Shown here one piece after another: positions 1 through 12,509 of a stretch of DNA of 64,000 nt (its first letter is position 1; every line of letters begins with the position of its first letter). The position numbers and the translations under genes were made by a program. The notes under the pieces were generated by a model, which searched no databases, was not told the DNA's origin, and saw only the letters and a program-made list of their open reading frames with translations. Source of the DNA: Lama glama (Eukaryota); assembly GCA_028534125.1 (NCBI GenBank), contig CM052824.1, positions 42,718,001-42,782,000 of the forward strand, given 5' to 3'.

Positions 1-454
1 CTCCAAGACCATTCAGTGTAAAACCAGAGGCACTCAGAGGAACCTTCCAGCTGGGCTGTGAGCAGAGAGGCAACTTAGCCATGCAGGGAGTGGGGCCAGA
101 TTTGCCCTAAATGTAGTGGGGAGGAGGGGGAGGGGACATCGAGGTCAGAATGACTCTCCCTCAGCCAGGAGAGTGTCTGTGAGGGATGTTCCTGGTGGCT
201 CCCGTGGCCTGGACAGGTTAGGAAGGTGCACGGCCACTTCACCAGCGCAGGCAGGGCCTTGTGTGTGGAGGGCTGTGGCATCTGGTTCCATCCTGGTGGT
301 TCTGGCAGACAGGAGCAAGCAGCTCCTGTCCACATCCTTCAGCACCTGCGGGGTTTGTCCCACACTGGCCCATGTCCCCTGTCTCATAATTCCCTCCCTC
401 CACCCAAGGGGCCTCCTGCTTCCCAGTGCCCAGAAGAGGCCAGGTCCCTGATAT

Positions 455-1080
455 GTTTAAGCACCTGCTCTGTACCAAGTATAGATGGGGTGCTGGGGTG
501 TAGGGTGACTAAGGCAGACACAGTCTGTGACCCCTGGAGTTTCCAATCAAGTAAGATTCATGGACATCAAAGCAATAACTACGTAAAGAATCAGGCATCA
601 CAGGACAAGGGCCGCAGGGGACCTGCCCTGTCAGGAGAGGTCAGGTGGGCTTCCTGGAGGAAGCAGTACTCCAATGCTGAGACCTGATGGACTCATAGGT
701 AAGATCTCTGGAGGATGCTCCAGGCAGAGGGAACAATATGTGCAGAGGCTCAGAGGTTCAAGTGGCAGAAGAAAGGCCTGTGTGATGGGACCATCATGAA
801 TGGGGGGAATGTGGCAGGTGCTGAGGCTGCAGAGATGGGCAGAGCCAGACTGCCGGGGCTTCAAGGCCAGGGGGGACTCTGGGACAAGTGCCCCAGGAAG
901 CCAGTGCAGAGTATTGAATCATGCTTTTAATGCTCCCTCTAGCGGCCGTGGGGAGAATGGATGGTTGAAGGGGAGAGACCAGAAGCAGCAGGACAAGGAC
1001 GGAGGCTACTGCAGGGGGCAGGTGAGCAGTGACGGGGCCTGGCCTGCGTGCGGCAGAGAAGCAGTGGGTAGGGCAGGAAT
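455..1080 (-). mobile_element. LINE-2 (L2) 3' fragment, degraded
   Basis: Resembles antisense L2 3' end (tttaagcacctgctctgtacc...gacacagtctgtgacccctggagttt...ggcttcctggaggaag...caggcagagggaacaatatgtgcagaggc); boundaries approximate. Confidence 0.65.
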
Positions 1081-1086
1081 ATTGAT

Positions 1087-1186
1087 NNNNNNNNNNNNNN
1101 NNNNNNNNNNNNNNNNNNNNNNNNNNNNNNNNNNNNNNNNNNNNNNNNNNNNNNNNNNNNNNNNNNNNNNNNNNNNNNNNNNNNNN
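1087..1186. other. Assembly gap (100 N)
   Basis: Run of N. Confidence 0.99.
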
Positions 1187-1559
1187 GCTGTGTCCGGAGC
1201 TCAGAGCCCAGCCCCGGCCGCGACCTCGGCAGCTGTGTGAAGCCAGGGGGGTTCCCAGCCAGGCCACGCCTGCGACCTCCTGTGAGAACAGGGGTGTCAC
1301 CAGCAGCTGCGCCCCGGGGCTGCTGTGACAGGTAACGGGACAGTGTCACCTTTAGGACAGCGTCTGACACGGGAGCGGAGCCAGCACTCCGGGCACTCAG
1401 CTCTGCAGCAAGTGTCCACCGACAGCCCCGGGGGCGGGCCCTGCATCGGCCCCAGGGAGAAGCCCAGGTTCCAGGAGAGGAGACACTGGCGTTAAGGGTG
1501 GACCGCGGTGGGGAGGTCGGGGAGAGAGCCAGGAGGACAAGGAAGCAGGGGAGGAGGTG

Positions 1560-2050
1560 GCGGGTGCTGGGGTCACAGTTGTAAACAGGGGGGTCAGGAA
1601 AGGCCTGTCAGAGGAGGTGACACTGGGGCAAAGACCCAAAAGAGGGGAGGGAGGGAGCCGGGAAGACACGGGAAGAGGCTCCGCCTGGAGGGAAGGGCAA
1701 GGCCAGGCCATGAGGAAGAGCAGGCCCAGGGCTCCTGGTCCAGGAAGGATGCAGGGCTGGAGGGGAGCCAGTGAGGGGGAGGGGCTGCGGGATGGGGGAC
1801 ACACACGGCCCTGGGCCACTGGCAGTGTGGACTGTGCCCCAGTGAGGCAGGAGCTCTGGGGCATGAGGCAGAGCAGGGACGGGTCCACCCTGAGTCCCAG
1901 AGGGTCACCCAGCTCTGTAGGGAGAGTGACGGGAGAGGGGCCAGGGCAGAGGCAGGGACCAGGCAGGAGGCCGCTGTGCAGGTCCAGGCGTGATGGTGAT
2001 GGACCAGGGTGAGAAACTGGAGAGCAGGAGAAGACCCCAGATGTGGGGTC
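1560..2050 (-). mobile_element. L2 fragment, degraded
   Basis: gggtcaggaaaggcctgtcagaggaggtgacact...ggagggaagggcaaggccagg...gtccaggcgtgatggtgatggaccagggtg are L2 antisense-like motifs. Confidence 0.55.
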
Positions 2051-2276
2051 ACGTGAAAGTCATGCCAAAAGAAGCTGGGGAGGTCTATCCATCAATATTA
2101 AGTATTATTAGTTTTTTGAACTTCACACTATTTTACCGAGCATCTCTTCCCGGGAGAAAGATTCAAGAATGAATTCCATAGCAATGTTATTTATGAAAAT
2201 TAAATCACTGGAATTGTCCAAATTTTTCAGTGGGAGTTTAGTTAAATAAAGTATGGGACATTAATTAAATGAACTA

Positions 2277-2469
2277 CAGTTGACCCTTGAGTGGGACTGG
2301 GGTTCATCCATGAGTAACTTACAGCCTGGCCCTTGGCATCCTCAGTTCCTCCACACTCACAGATCCAACCAGCCATGGACCGTGGAGAACTGCAGTATTT
2401 ACTACTGAAAATTATCCACGTGTACGGGGACCTGCACAGTTCAAACCTGCATTGTTCAAGGGTCAGCTG
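2277..2469. mobile_element. Tigger2/MER8-family MITE (TcMar-Tigger DNA transposon)
   Basis: Terminal inverted repeats CAGTTGACCCTTGA (2277-2290) and TCAAGGGTCAGCTG (2456-2469), flanked by TA target duplications at 2275-2276 and 2470-2471. Confidence 0.85.
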
Positions 2470-3909
2470 TATTTTCAAAAATACGTAAGGAAACAGGAAA
2501 CTGATCAGACCGGAGCATCAGGTAAGAAAGCTAGACCTCTACACGCAGCCTGTGGAGGCTACGTACGGCGGGGTTTCCTCAACACCCCTCCTCCTCTGGG
2601 CCCCCCACAGGGGAAGAGCACATCCCGCCGCCTTCACGTCAGGGCTGGGAGGCCTGCTTTAGTCAAAGAAACATGAGTGGCAGTGGAGAGCGTTGCTTCT
2701 GGGTGGGAGCATTCACACCCAGGGTTCAAAGTCCCTTCTCCCTCCTGGAAGTGGCCATCGGGGATACATGTGGGGATGCCAACGTCCTAAGATGGTGGTG
2801 CTTCCCTCAGCCCAAGTCCCTGAGCAAAGCCCTCCCCACGGACACACCAGACATGTGACACGAGCTTGGCTGTCTCAGGAGAGGAAGGAGGTTGTCTCAT
2901 CTCACCCCAGCTTATCCTGATATTCTGCCTTGTGAGCCCCAAGTTTTCAAGTGTTGCCTTGACATCTCTGACATTGGCAGGACCTCAAAGGCCCACAGAG
3001 GGTACCCCTCTTCCTGCCAGAGATGCCCCCCAACCCCCAGCAGAAAATCACCCCATCCAGCTAGTTCCCCTATTAGCTGGAGCACCTGCACTCCCCCAGG
3101 TCCTCACAAAATGGGCTTCAGCTGCCTGCCAGTATGGAATCATTCAGTCAAACCCATCGCATCCTCTGCGGGAACCAGGAGACGCCTCATCCTCTTGTTA
3201 CTACAAAGCCTGCCTCCCCCAACCCCTGCAGCTTCACTCCGCTCCCAAGCAAGCCTCGCGTGGCCCCGCATGGCGGGCAGCATCCTCCTCCCCCCGGCTG
3301 TGGGCATCTGTGGCTGATAAACCGCTGCCGCTCGCATCTGTCCAGGGACAGGTGTTGTGTGTTTAGCCATTTCATTCTACTCAGGGTAAAAGAGCCCCCC
3401 TCACCCAGGTGGGGAAATGGAAGTAATCAGAGCACAGTCACACCAACGGGAAACCAATTGCAAAAGTACGTATTTGTATATAAATAGAAAAAGAATGAGG
3501 AGAAGCATCAGCTATTATCTTTGGAGGCGAGGAGCCAGTGCTTTACATACATTTGGCTCGTTCTCAGTGTTTCCCAGTAAGTGTGCGTTACTTAGATTCA
3601 GAGACCACTCAGTGTTACAACCGAGAGCGCCAGGCCCCGGCGGCCATCCTGTCCCCGGCTGCGTCTCCGGCTCCTGGTGCTCTGAGCGTCTGTCCCACCC
3701 CGTTAGCCCTTTATCACAGACAGTTTTGTTCTCTAATTGTCTGCCCTGCATAATTTAGCACGGTCATATACTGTCTTGTTCTCAAACATTTAATTTAGTG
3801 TGTCTTGACCTCATTCTCTCATCTCAAGAGTGCAGCGGTGGCAGGAAGGGGGATTTTTCCAGGCCCCTCAACACCATCACTCCCTCAGGACCTGGGGTAA
3901 TAAAAGCTA

Positions 3910-4110
3910 ACTGTGCCAGGCCTGTGCTCAGCACTTCACCTGCGTTAGTTTAGGAGTCATTTCAACAATCCCATGAAGGAGGCACTGCTGCTATGCCCCG
4001 ATTTTACAGATGAAGATCCTGTAGCACAGAGAGGCTTAGAAACTCATCCAAGATCACACAGCTCAGAAGTGCCGGAGCTGGGCCCTGAACCTGAGCAGTC
4101 TGCTCCCCAG
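3910..4110 (-). mobile_element. MIR SINE
   Basis: MIR core antisense: attttacagatgaaga...cacagagagg...ccaagatcacacagct. Confidence 0.75.
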
Positions 4111-5019
4111 TCCCTGCTCTTCCTGCTCTGTTGAGTGTCTGCCTGGACTGTGCCCGGACCCTGTGCTGGGTGCTTGGTACCGAAGTCCAGACGGGGGCGT
4201 CTGTCCCCGCAGGGGCCCAGCTGCCTCACAGCAGCACTGCTCTAGAGGGACAGCATCACTGTGTGACTGTGGCCAGCGCCGTCCGCTGGATGGAGACCAT
4301 CAGGCACAGCCGCCGCCTCAGGCTGGCGGCCGCCTCAGCTCCAGAAACTCACTGTCAGTCCTGAATCCTGTGGAAGTTTATGGCCCAGCGTAATTGTTCT
4401 AATTGCCGTTGTCATGGCTAATAACATTATGTGACAGCCATAAACTCAGAAAATCTGAAGTGGGCCCTGGAGAAGGGAGCCACTGACGATGGTTTGGATG
4501 AGATTCAAAGGGAAGCAGGAGGGCTTCGGTTCAGGGGACTGGCTGTGCGTTCTGGAGACGGAGTGTCTTTTCCTAGATTCACCCAAAGCCACATTCACAG
4601 GAGATTAGAATCAGAGAGCGTTAAGCAAAACTGGATGATGAAAGGTTAAAATCATTGGGGATGATCAATGCAGAGCTTAAGATAAATGACACGATCCTAA
4701 TGCAAGGGATGCGGAACAGGACAGTCGGGGGTAAGAGGGGGACGTCTCTGCACCCTCAGAACGTGAGCATCGCGGGACCTTAGAAACAGCACGGCAGCCT
4801 CCAGGGCACAGAGAGGTACAAGTGGTGTGAGCTGGGGGCCCAGGGGCCTGGATTTAGTCTCAGCTCAGCTGTTTATGAGCTCTGGGACCACTCACTTACC
4901 GGGTCCGAAAAGCAGGGAGGCTGGAGGCTTCCTTTATGGAGTCAGTGAATCTGAAATGGTGTGATGGGTGAACAGTGTTGAGCACAATGCCTGCACCTTG
5001 TTGTAACTGATAGATGTGG

Positions 5020-5115
5020 ATGCAGATATAGATGGATGATGGGTGATAGATACAGATAGATGATGGTTGGGTGGATGGATGGATAGATAGATGGATAGAT
5101 AGATAGATAGATAGG
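5020..5115. repeat. (GATA/GGAT)n compound microsatellite
   Basis: gatagatacagatagatgatggttgggtggatggatggatagatagatggatagatagatagatagatagg. Confidence 0.9.
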
Positions 5116-8100
5116 CAGATGTATTATCAGGGCTAGAAGGACTCTTCTGAAATCTTCAGACCTCTGTCTGCCCGTTGGAGTCAACTGAGGCCTCTAGAGC
5201 AACCCCATGGCAGAAGCCCACTAGCAGGGCTGGTCAGGTTGGTCCCTGCAGCATCCCCGGCACCCAGGACAGAGCTTGGCTCAGAGTCAGTGCTCTCCGT
5301 TTCACCAGCTGTGACATCAGGGCAGGGGTAGCGCCAGCCTCAGGAAGGAGGGTGAATCCGGGGCGAGCTGACAGGAGCCGGGCACAGAGTGGCTGTGAGT
5401 GAACCTTCTGATACCTACTGATCCATGTTCCATCCACAGTCCAGCCAGGAATTCCACAGGGAAAGGAAGAAAAGGGATGGCGGGGTGCAGTGAGGTGAGG
5501 CCCCGTCCTGGGCGCCCTGAGTGCTGGCTTTCATCACCTCAGCTCTCACTCCTGCCTGATGCAGCCGTATCTCCCACCCTCACTCCTGACCTGGCGCCCC
5601 AGGCCCACCAGTCTGCTCCCCCCGCTCCCCCAGCCTCTCCTTCCTCACATAGCTTGTCTGTCTCAGTCCTCCAGGTTCCTGAGCCCCTCCTGCCCCAAGG
5701 CCCTCTCTCTCTCTTCTCTCTGCCCGGGTGGAATGGCTTCTCCTCGCGTTCCCCACCCCTGAGTCCCCAGTTCACCCTCCAGACTCCCCTCCAGCCATTA
5801 ACCACGCAAAGCCATCTGCGCACCTGGGCAGGTCCTGAATGTTCCCTTCAGAGTCACGATCCCATTTGTAGTTTTGATGTGATGATGGGAGCCTTTGGTC
5901 ACAGGTCCAGCACAGGAGCTTCCAAGCCCCAGGGCCCCACACAGCCTGGCGCAGAGCAGTCCTCCAGAACCGTGGGCTGGTGAATGAAGCAATGAAGGTG
6001 GGTAGAGTTGACGATTCAGGGCCACCTGGGGCACAAAGGCTCAAGGGCCAGAGGGGACACAGCACTTGGGGACCCAGGAGGGAGGTGTTCTGACGGGGTG
6101 GCAACAGGTCAGACCATGGTCTAGAATGACCAGGGTGCAGGTGGAGGCTGGACACAGCCCTCCTGCGGGGCTGCCCCACCCAGAGCCCTTGGGCACCTGC
6201 ACATGGGCCCTGGGCAGCCAGAGGCCTGAATATCTGTGGACCTTGGGGGTAGGAGTACCCTGAGCGGCACAGGGCAGAAATCAGGAGTCCTCCGGGGCCC
6301 CATCTAAGGGCTGTTTGGGGCAGATCATGGGTCTTTGAACCCAAAGTGCTGGGTTCAAATTCTAACTGTGAGCCTCCTCGATGTGGGAGTTTACCTAAGT
6401 CCCTGTCCCTCTGCAAGTTGTACTTTCTTTGTGCATCAGTAGAGCCACTGACCTGACCCTGCACTCTGCAGAAGGTCAAGGTGAAGGTCAAGAAAGCCAG
6501 ACCTACTTTCTGCTTCTTAAAGGACAGAGTGTCACCCAGTGCCCCAAAACAGTGCATACCTGCAGCCCTCCGAGCCTTTGCCGCGCTGTGCCCTCCCTGG
6601 GCAGACCCTTCTCCATCCTCCTGTCCGCGAGCGCTGCTCTTCTCTCCCATCTGAGGTTAATGTCTCCATCTCTGTCACTGCCTCCCCCTCCCCGGGGCCT
6701 CTTAGCTGCAGTGCATGCTGGCTATTCAAGCAAATGGTTTTATTACGCACCCAATGCCTGTGAGGCCTTCAGCACAGGGATGCTCTGACCTCTTCCCAGC
6801 TCCATGATTTCCAAACCATGGAGACGTGGGGCCCGTCCCTCGGTGTCCTCATCTGTGATACAGCATGACGCTAGCAGCACCCACCCCACAGCGGGGCTGA
6901 CGTCTGCAGCCCAGTGACTGCCCCGTCGGCACAGCACGAGGACTCCGTGTGTGGACAGTCCCCAGGACACTTCGGCTGCAAACAAAGACAGATGCTCAGA
7001 CTGCAGCAGAGGAGGAGTGTGTTGGCTCAAATCCCAGGGTGATGCAGAATTGTCGGACAGGAGGTTACCAGGTCTACACCTCCTTCTCCTCCCTCCCTGT
7101 GTTTTTCCCTTCTCTCTTTCAAGCTCTGACTCTATGATTCTCTCCAAAACTCTGTCTCATTTCTCTCTTCTAAAGAGCAGTGGGGTTAGGTGGATGGGAA
7201 ATGAGGAGGGCACAGACATCTCTTGCTCTATTGACCCTAAAACGAAGAGACAGCGGCCTCTGTTGGAGCCTAAGTGTAGAATCCCAGGAAGAATTCTGAC
7301 TGTCTGGCCTTGATTCCCAGGGCGCCCACCCCACCGATCCCTGAGGCCCAGGGTGCAAACACCACGGGGAGTGGCTTCCAGGAGAAGCAGCTGGAGTCAG
7401 GGGGCCAGCTCACAAAAGGATGGGGACCCAGGGCAGGAAGGGACAACAGACCCCACCATAGGTGGCCCTGCTCCTTCCAGCTCACGGTCCAGTAGGGGAA
7501 TCCACATGCCACCGGAAGACATGGTGAATCCCAGCTCCCCAGAGGGGGAAACAGAGGCTCCGGGAGCTGAAGAAGGAAGTGCCCACGTGAGGACTGAGCC
7601 CAGGTCAGTCGGGGTCCACCCTGCGCTGCCTCTGCTTCTCTCTGCTCCTGGGACATCGCCCCCACCCCAGTCAGCACCCTGACCACCAGGGACTGTCATT
7701 TACCTAAGCCCCTGGGTCTCCACGGGGTCCTGAGGACAGGGACCTACCCTTGCTTCTCTCTGCTCTCTCCACTCTCAGCAAGGGGGTCCGCCTTTGCTGA
7801 ACCTTTGCTGAACCTGAGAGTGGGTGGAGGGACGTCCTCCCCAGGTAGGCTCGGTCCCCCTGCCTGCCAAGCCTGGGTACCAGCACGGCTCCGCCCTCAC
7901 TTCCTTCAGTGTTACCTGCTCAGCAAGGTGCTCACAGACAGCCCACAGCCCTCCCATCACTCTCTCCCGCTGCCCACTTCAGGACCCTGCACGTGGCCCA
8001 TTCACCTGACACTGTCGTCTGTCCACACCACTGGGACACCAGCTCAATCCCGGTGCCTAGAACAGAGCCTGGCACCTTGTAAGTTGTTGGGTGAGAGGGT

Positions 8101-9340
8101 GAATGGGTGAAGCCTCAGTTTCCCCGTCTGGAAAAGAGAAGTCACTCTCTGTGGTCTTCAGGGTCTCTCTTACGTCCATCCCCCATAAGGTCTATCTCTG
8201 GGAAGCTGGGAGAACCAGGAAGACTGGAAACAGTGGCGATGGACGGGTGCAGGTCTGAGTGGGGGACCCGGCAGGGGTGACAGCCAAGCCCTCCCCCAAG
8301 AAGGGCTGGGCTGAACGTTTCGTTTCACACTTGGTGCCCAAGCTTGCGTCATGGTGCTGGCCAGGAGCCCTGTGTGCAGTTTTTAAATGTGATGTGCTGT
8401 AGGTGTATAATTGTCAGAGTGGTTTTGCATATTTTGATAAATCTATAAATATGGAGGCTAATTATCCATCAATAACATATGCTTATGTTCTGCATAAGTG
8501 TCTATTGTTTCCCACAGAATGCAAGGTGCCAATTCATGACCAAGACACAGTGACACCAGCCTGATGGTCACGTGTCCCCACCACCCAGGTCACAGAACAT
8601 GTCCATTCATCGTCCTGGGGAGAAGGGCACTGGGGACGGTGGGCAAATCTCCCCACACCACAGGCAGGTCCTGGGGTCCTGGAGCTCTGGGAGGGACAGA
8701 GTGTGGGGTCAGGGTAAGGTCGGCCCCAGCCACCAGCCTGGACAGGTTACCTGGGCACCTATCTGTGGCTCCACCCAGGGACCTGCAGGGGTTCAGAGCA
8801 CAGTGGCTGGAACCTGAGGATCCTGGAGCCCCGTCTGCCCTCACTTGACCTGGGGTCACCACCGACCCTCAGTTTCCTCAGCTGTAAAGTGGGGGTGAGC
8901 ACAGCTCCCTCCTCACGGGGTGGCTGTGAGGACTCAGGGAGTGAGGGCAGGGGAAGGGCGCCCAGCACCCGCAGAAAGTGTTCACCTGTGTGAACTGATG
9001 CTCCCACTGTCATCACCCTGGGGCTGTGACAGAGGAGGCACATGGGCCCATTTTACAGATAGGGATAATCTCTGCAATGGCCACCAGCTGCTAACACCCC
9101 CTTGGGCCCGGTGCCTGCACGCACGACCCCACGTCACCTTCACAAGCGCCCTACGCAGCAGGTGCTGTTATGTCCCCTCTCCCAGGGGAGGAGGCTGTGC
9201 CTCTGGTGGGTCCCGTACTTCCCTGATCACACAGCCGGCAGGGGACAGAGGCTCAGAGCAGGGCTTTCTGCCCCCAGGGCTCAGGCTTGGCCACCAGCCC
9301 AGACCCCATACGGCCTGGAACAGTCACAAGCACTGATGAG

Positions 9341-9875
9341 AAGGTGGTGGACACTCATGGCTGCCCGCCCAGCAGCCCACCCCTCCTTCTTTCACTCACA
9401 GAACCCTGAGTTTGTTCTGCAGTAATAGGCTCAGACCTGGTGGGCCTTCCCAGCCCAAAGGTGAAGCCAAGCCTTTTCCAGACATTGTTCTGGGAGTGGG
9501 TATGTGACCCAGATCAGGCCATTAAGATGTGAAGGAAAATCTGCTGGTAGAGGGACTGCTTCTGGGAAATATTTTTTCTGCCTCCCTCCACTCTCTTCTT
9601 CTCAACTTGAATGCTGTAGTATAAGACATGATGTTTGGAGCAGTGGCAGCCATCTTGCAACCATGAGGCGATAAGCTAAGGAAAAAGGCCAATAAGATCA
9701 AGTTTGATAAACAGAAAAGAGGGAGAGACCTTGGGGTTTTGGCATCACTGAGCATCTGGCCAACCCCAGAACTACCTCCCTCCAGACATCTTTTTATGCT
9801 CGATCGTTACATCAATTGCTTGAGCCGTTGTTGTTGCATATTCTGTCACTCCATACCCAGTACATTGTAACTGAT
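9341..9875 (+). mobile_element. MLT1-family (MaLR) solo LTR, old subfamily
   Basis: gcagccatcttgcaaccatgagg, cctccagacatctttttatg and gcttgagccgttgttgttg...ttctgtcact motifs typical of old MLT1 LTRs. Confidence 0.7.
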
Positions 9876-11025
9876 GGAAGCTCATGTCTCTCCTGATCCT
9901 CAACACAGAGAGTCAGACCTACACCTCTACACCTCTGTCTCCCATATCAGGCCTTGGTAAGTGTTGTATCTTGTTGCATCTGACCCCCACACAGGTCACA
10001 GCCCTACAGTGAACCCCGATTGCCATGAGCTGAATAACATGGATGGATGAGGGAAGGAGTAAATCAATGACTAAATGAACATAATGGATGTAAAATGCTT
10101 TGCAAATACAAGATAAGATTCTGGAAGTTTCACGGAGATGGGGGTTGGAAGAAGGTGCAGGGTGGAGAGCAGGGATTAGAGAAAAAGATTCTTCAGGGAC
10201 AGGAGGCTGCATCTTCTTCCCAGATGTCCCCCTGCCTCTGCATCCTGCTCCCACTGACATCAGGACTGAAACCGCACCTACCCCGTTTGCAGTCAGCCCC
10301 CTGGGCTGCTGGAAACTGACAGCCAGCGCCTCTCTCTCTCCCCAAACAGACCCAGAGAGACAGACTTGATGCTCTGTCATTTTCCCCCTAAAAATTGTTT
10401 CAAGAATCCAAACGGTTATCATTGCTTCAGCAGCAATTCTCTGCTGTGTTATTTTGTAAGAGATGGAGGGCGGAGCCCCGGGAGACGAGGCGGCTGGAGA
10501 AGTGAGGAAAATCGTTTAGGGTGAACAGGCTGGAAAATTTCAGCTCCAGGTTTTGCAGGGAAACTGGATTAAAGAATCAAATCAAATGCATTTTGCCATC
10601 AGAGTAAGAGATCTGTCTCCCCCCAAATGCCTTACTTTGACAGTTGGCTTCAAGAGATTTGAGAGAATTTATCTATCCAGCAAATAAATCAAGTCTGACT
10701 GAAATAAGACTCATTCCATCACGAGAACTCTGTTAACCACTTGGCGTAATTGTGGGTTACCCAGAGAGGGTTTTTTTTCGGCAAAAGTGATGAGTCTTTT
10801 TTGTTGCTGTTCTTTTTCCCACCGAAGCCTCATGTTTCTGGTGCCTGGAAAAGTGCAGGGAGGTTGGAATCAGCAAGTCCGTGGCGGGAGAAGGTGTGGA
10901 AGCCGGAGCCCCAGCCCAGCACAGCCCTCGTCCTCCTGCTCCCCTCAGTCAGAAAGAGCACCAGGACGGGGAATAGCAAAGGCATCTTTCCTCCTCTGAA
11001 AACATCATTAAAAGAGGTTACCAGT

Positions 11026-11138
11026 GGGGGAGGGTAGAGCACGTGCCTAGCATGCACAAGGTCCTGGGTTCAATCCCCAGTACCTCCATTAAAAATAAAT
11101 TTTAAAAAATTAATTACATCCTCCCCCACCCCCCCAAA
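11026..11138 (+). mobile_element. Vic-1-like camelid tRNA-derived SINE with internal 5' deletion
   Basis: ggggagggtagagcacgtgcctagcatgcacaaggtcctgggttcaatccccagtacctccattaaaaataaat...taattac...ccccc-An; Pol III B box GGTTCAATCCC; imperfect TSD aaaagaNNttaccag at 11010-11024 and 11139-11153. Confidence 0.85.
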
Positions 11139-12019
11139 AAAAGACATTACCAGAGTGAAACATATAGAAGATCCAGCAGCAGCCAACTGCCTCTGTTTCC
11201 TCATTTTTAAAAACAATAAACTTGATGACGATCATTCCCTAGAGAGCTGTGGTTTCCTTGAGACACAGATGGGAAGTCTTCTGTGCAGCCTGGCACATAG
11301 CAGGATCTCAAGAAGTAGCTGTCCCCACTTCCTGACCCACCCACCTCGCAGACCTCTGGGAAGGGCCTCGGGGCCGAGTCCTAAGCCACAGTTTGCAGGA
11401 AGTCCTCTAGAATATTCTCCACGTCAGCTTCCCTCCCCAAACTAAACACTGTCACTTCTCTGTGTCTTCGGAAATGACAGAAATGACACATCGTGTCCCC
11501 ATCTCTAAAAACAGCATGTTTGCAAATGTCAGATCCCTTGCCTCCCCGCAAGGGTGTGCATGGGCACACGGGTGTGTTCGTGTGTGTGCATGTGCATGCG
11601 TGTGTGAGGGGCTCCGTGGGAGAGGACCCTATACCTCACATCCTTCAATGCCTCCAGGGTGATCTCCTGCCACTGTCTCTAAAATAGGGACCTGGGGACC
11701 AGGGCAGGGAAGACAAGGCCCCCACTAACAGCCTCCAACAGGTGTCCTAGGTCCTCTCCATTCTGCCTCAGTGTGGCAGGAATGCACTTTTTCACAAATC
11801 TCGGGATCATCTGGTGAACCCCACAGCTGATAGCGCATCATGGATCTGCTGATGAAAGCATTCATTTGTACAATATCAATATTTGAGTTATCGCCCAGGG
11901 TTTGTGACTGTTGTAGCATTTCTTCATTTCTCAATCTTCTGGGAGCCTCGAAGCAGGAAAGAGGCTCACTTTACAGACGTTGATTGGGATCCGCTCTGTG
12001 ATGTCTGGGCAGCAGGACT

Positions 12020-12440
12020 GACAGCAATGAGCCAGGCCCCCAGGAATCTCACAGCCCAGGTGGGAGGCAGACACACAGAAATAAACACCCTCACCAAGCA
12101 CGGCCAGTGCTCCAGGCTCCAGGTAAGCACGGGGTCCTGAGCCCAGAGCAAGATACATGATAGAGCTGAGGAGACCCTGGTGGCTTCCTGGAGGAGGTGG
12201 CATCCCAAATGAGTCCTGAAAGGTGAGTAGGAGTTGTCCAGGCAGAGAGGAGGCGGGAGGCCTCTCCAGGCAAAAGGAGCAGCTTTTGCAAAGCCTTGGA
12301 GGGGAGACAGAGGGAGGGACTTTGGGGAAGTGGATGAAGTTCAGTCACTGAAGCAGCAAGGGAACTGGATAGAGGAGGGTCAGGGAGGGCACCCAGGCAG
12401 GGCACAGGCTACTGGAGGACGCAGGGACCAAGGTCATGTC
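12020..12440 (-). mobile_element. L2 fragment
   Basis: ggcttcctggaggaggtggcat...gagtcctgaaaggtgagtaggagtt...ccaggcaaaaggagcagc. Confidence 0.65.
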
Positions 12441-12509
12441 CAGAGGTGTAGGGACCACAGGGCCAGATCTGATGGAACCAAATGAGGAAATCAGTTTGCC
12501 TATGCAAGA

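Noticed and set aside
7791-7815. 11-bp tandem duplication cctttgctgaa x2
   Set aside because: Ordinary slippage-scale duplication with no further structure
11026-11095. tRNA gene
   Set aside because: Only the B box remains, followed by a SINE tail and TSDs; it is a tRNA-derived SINE
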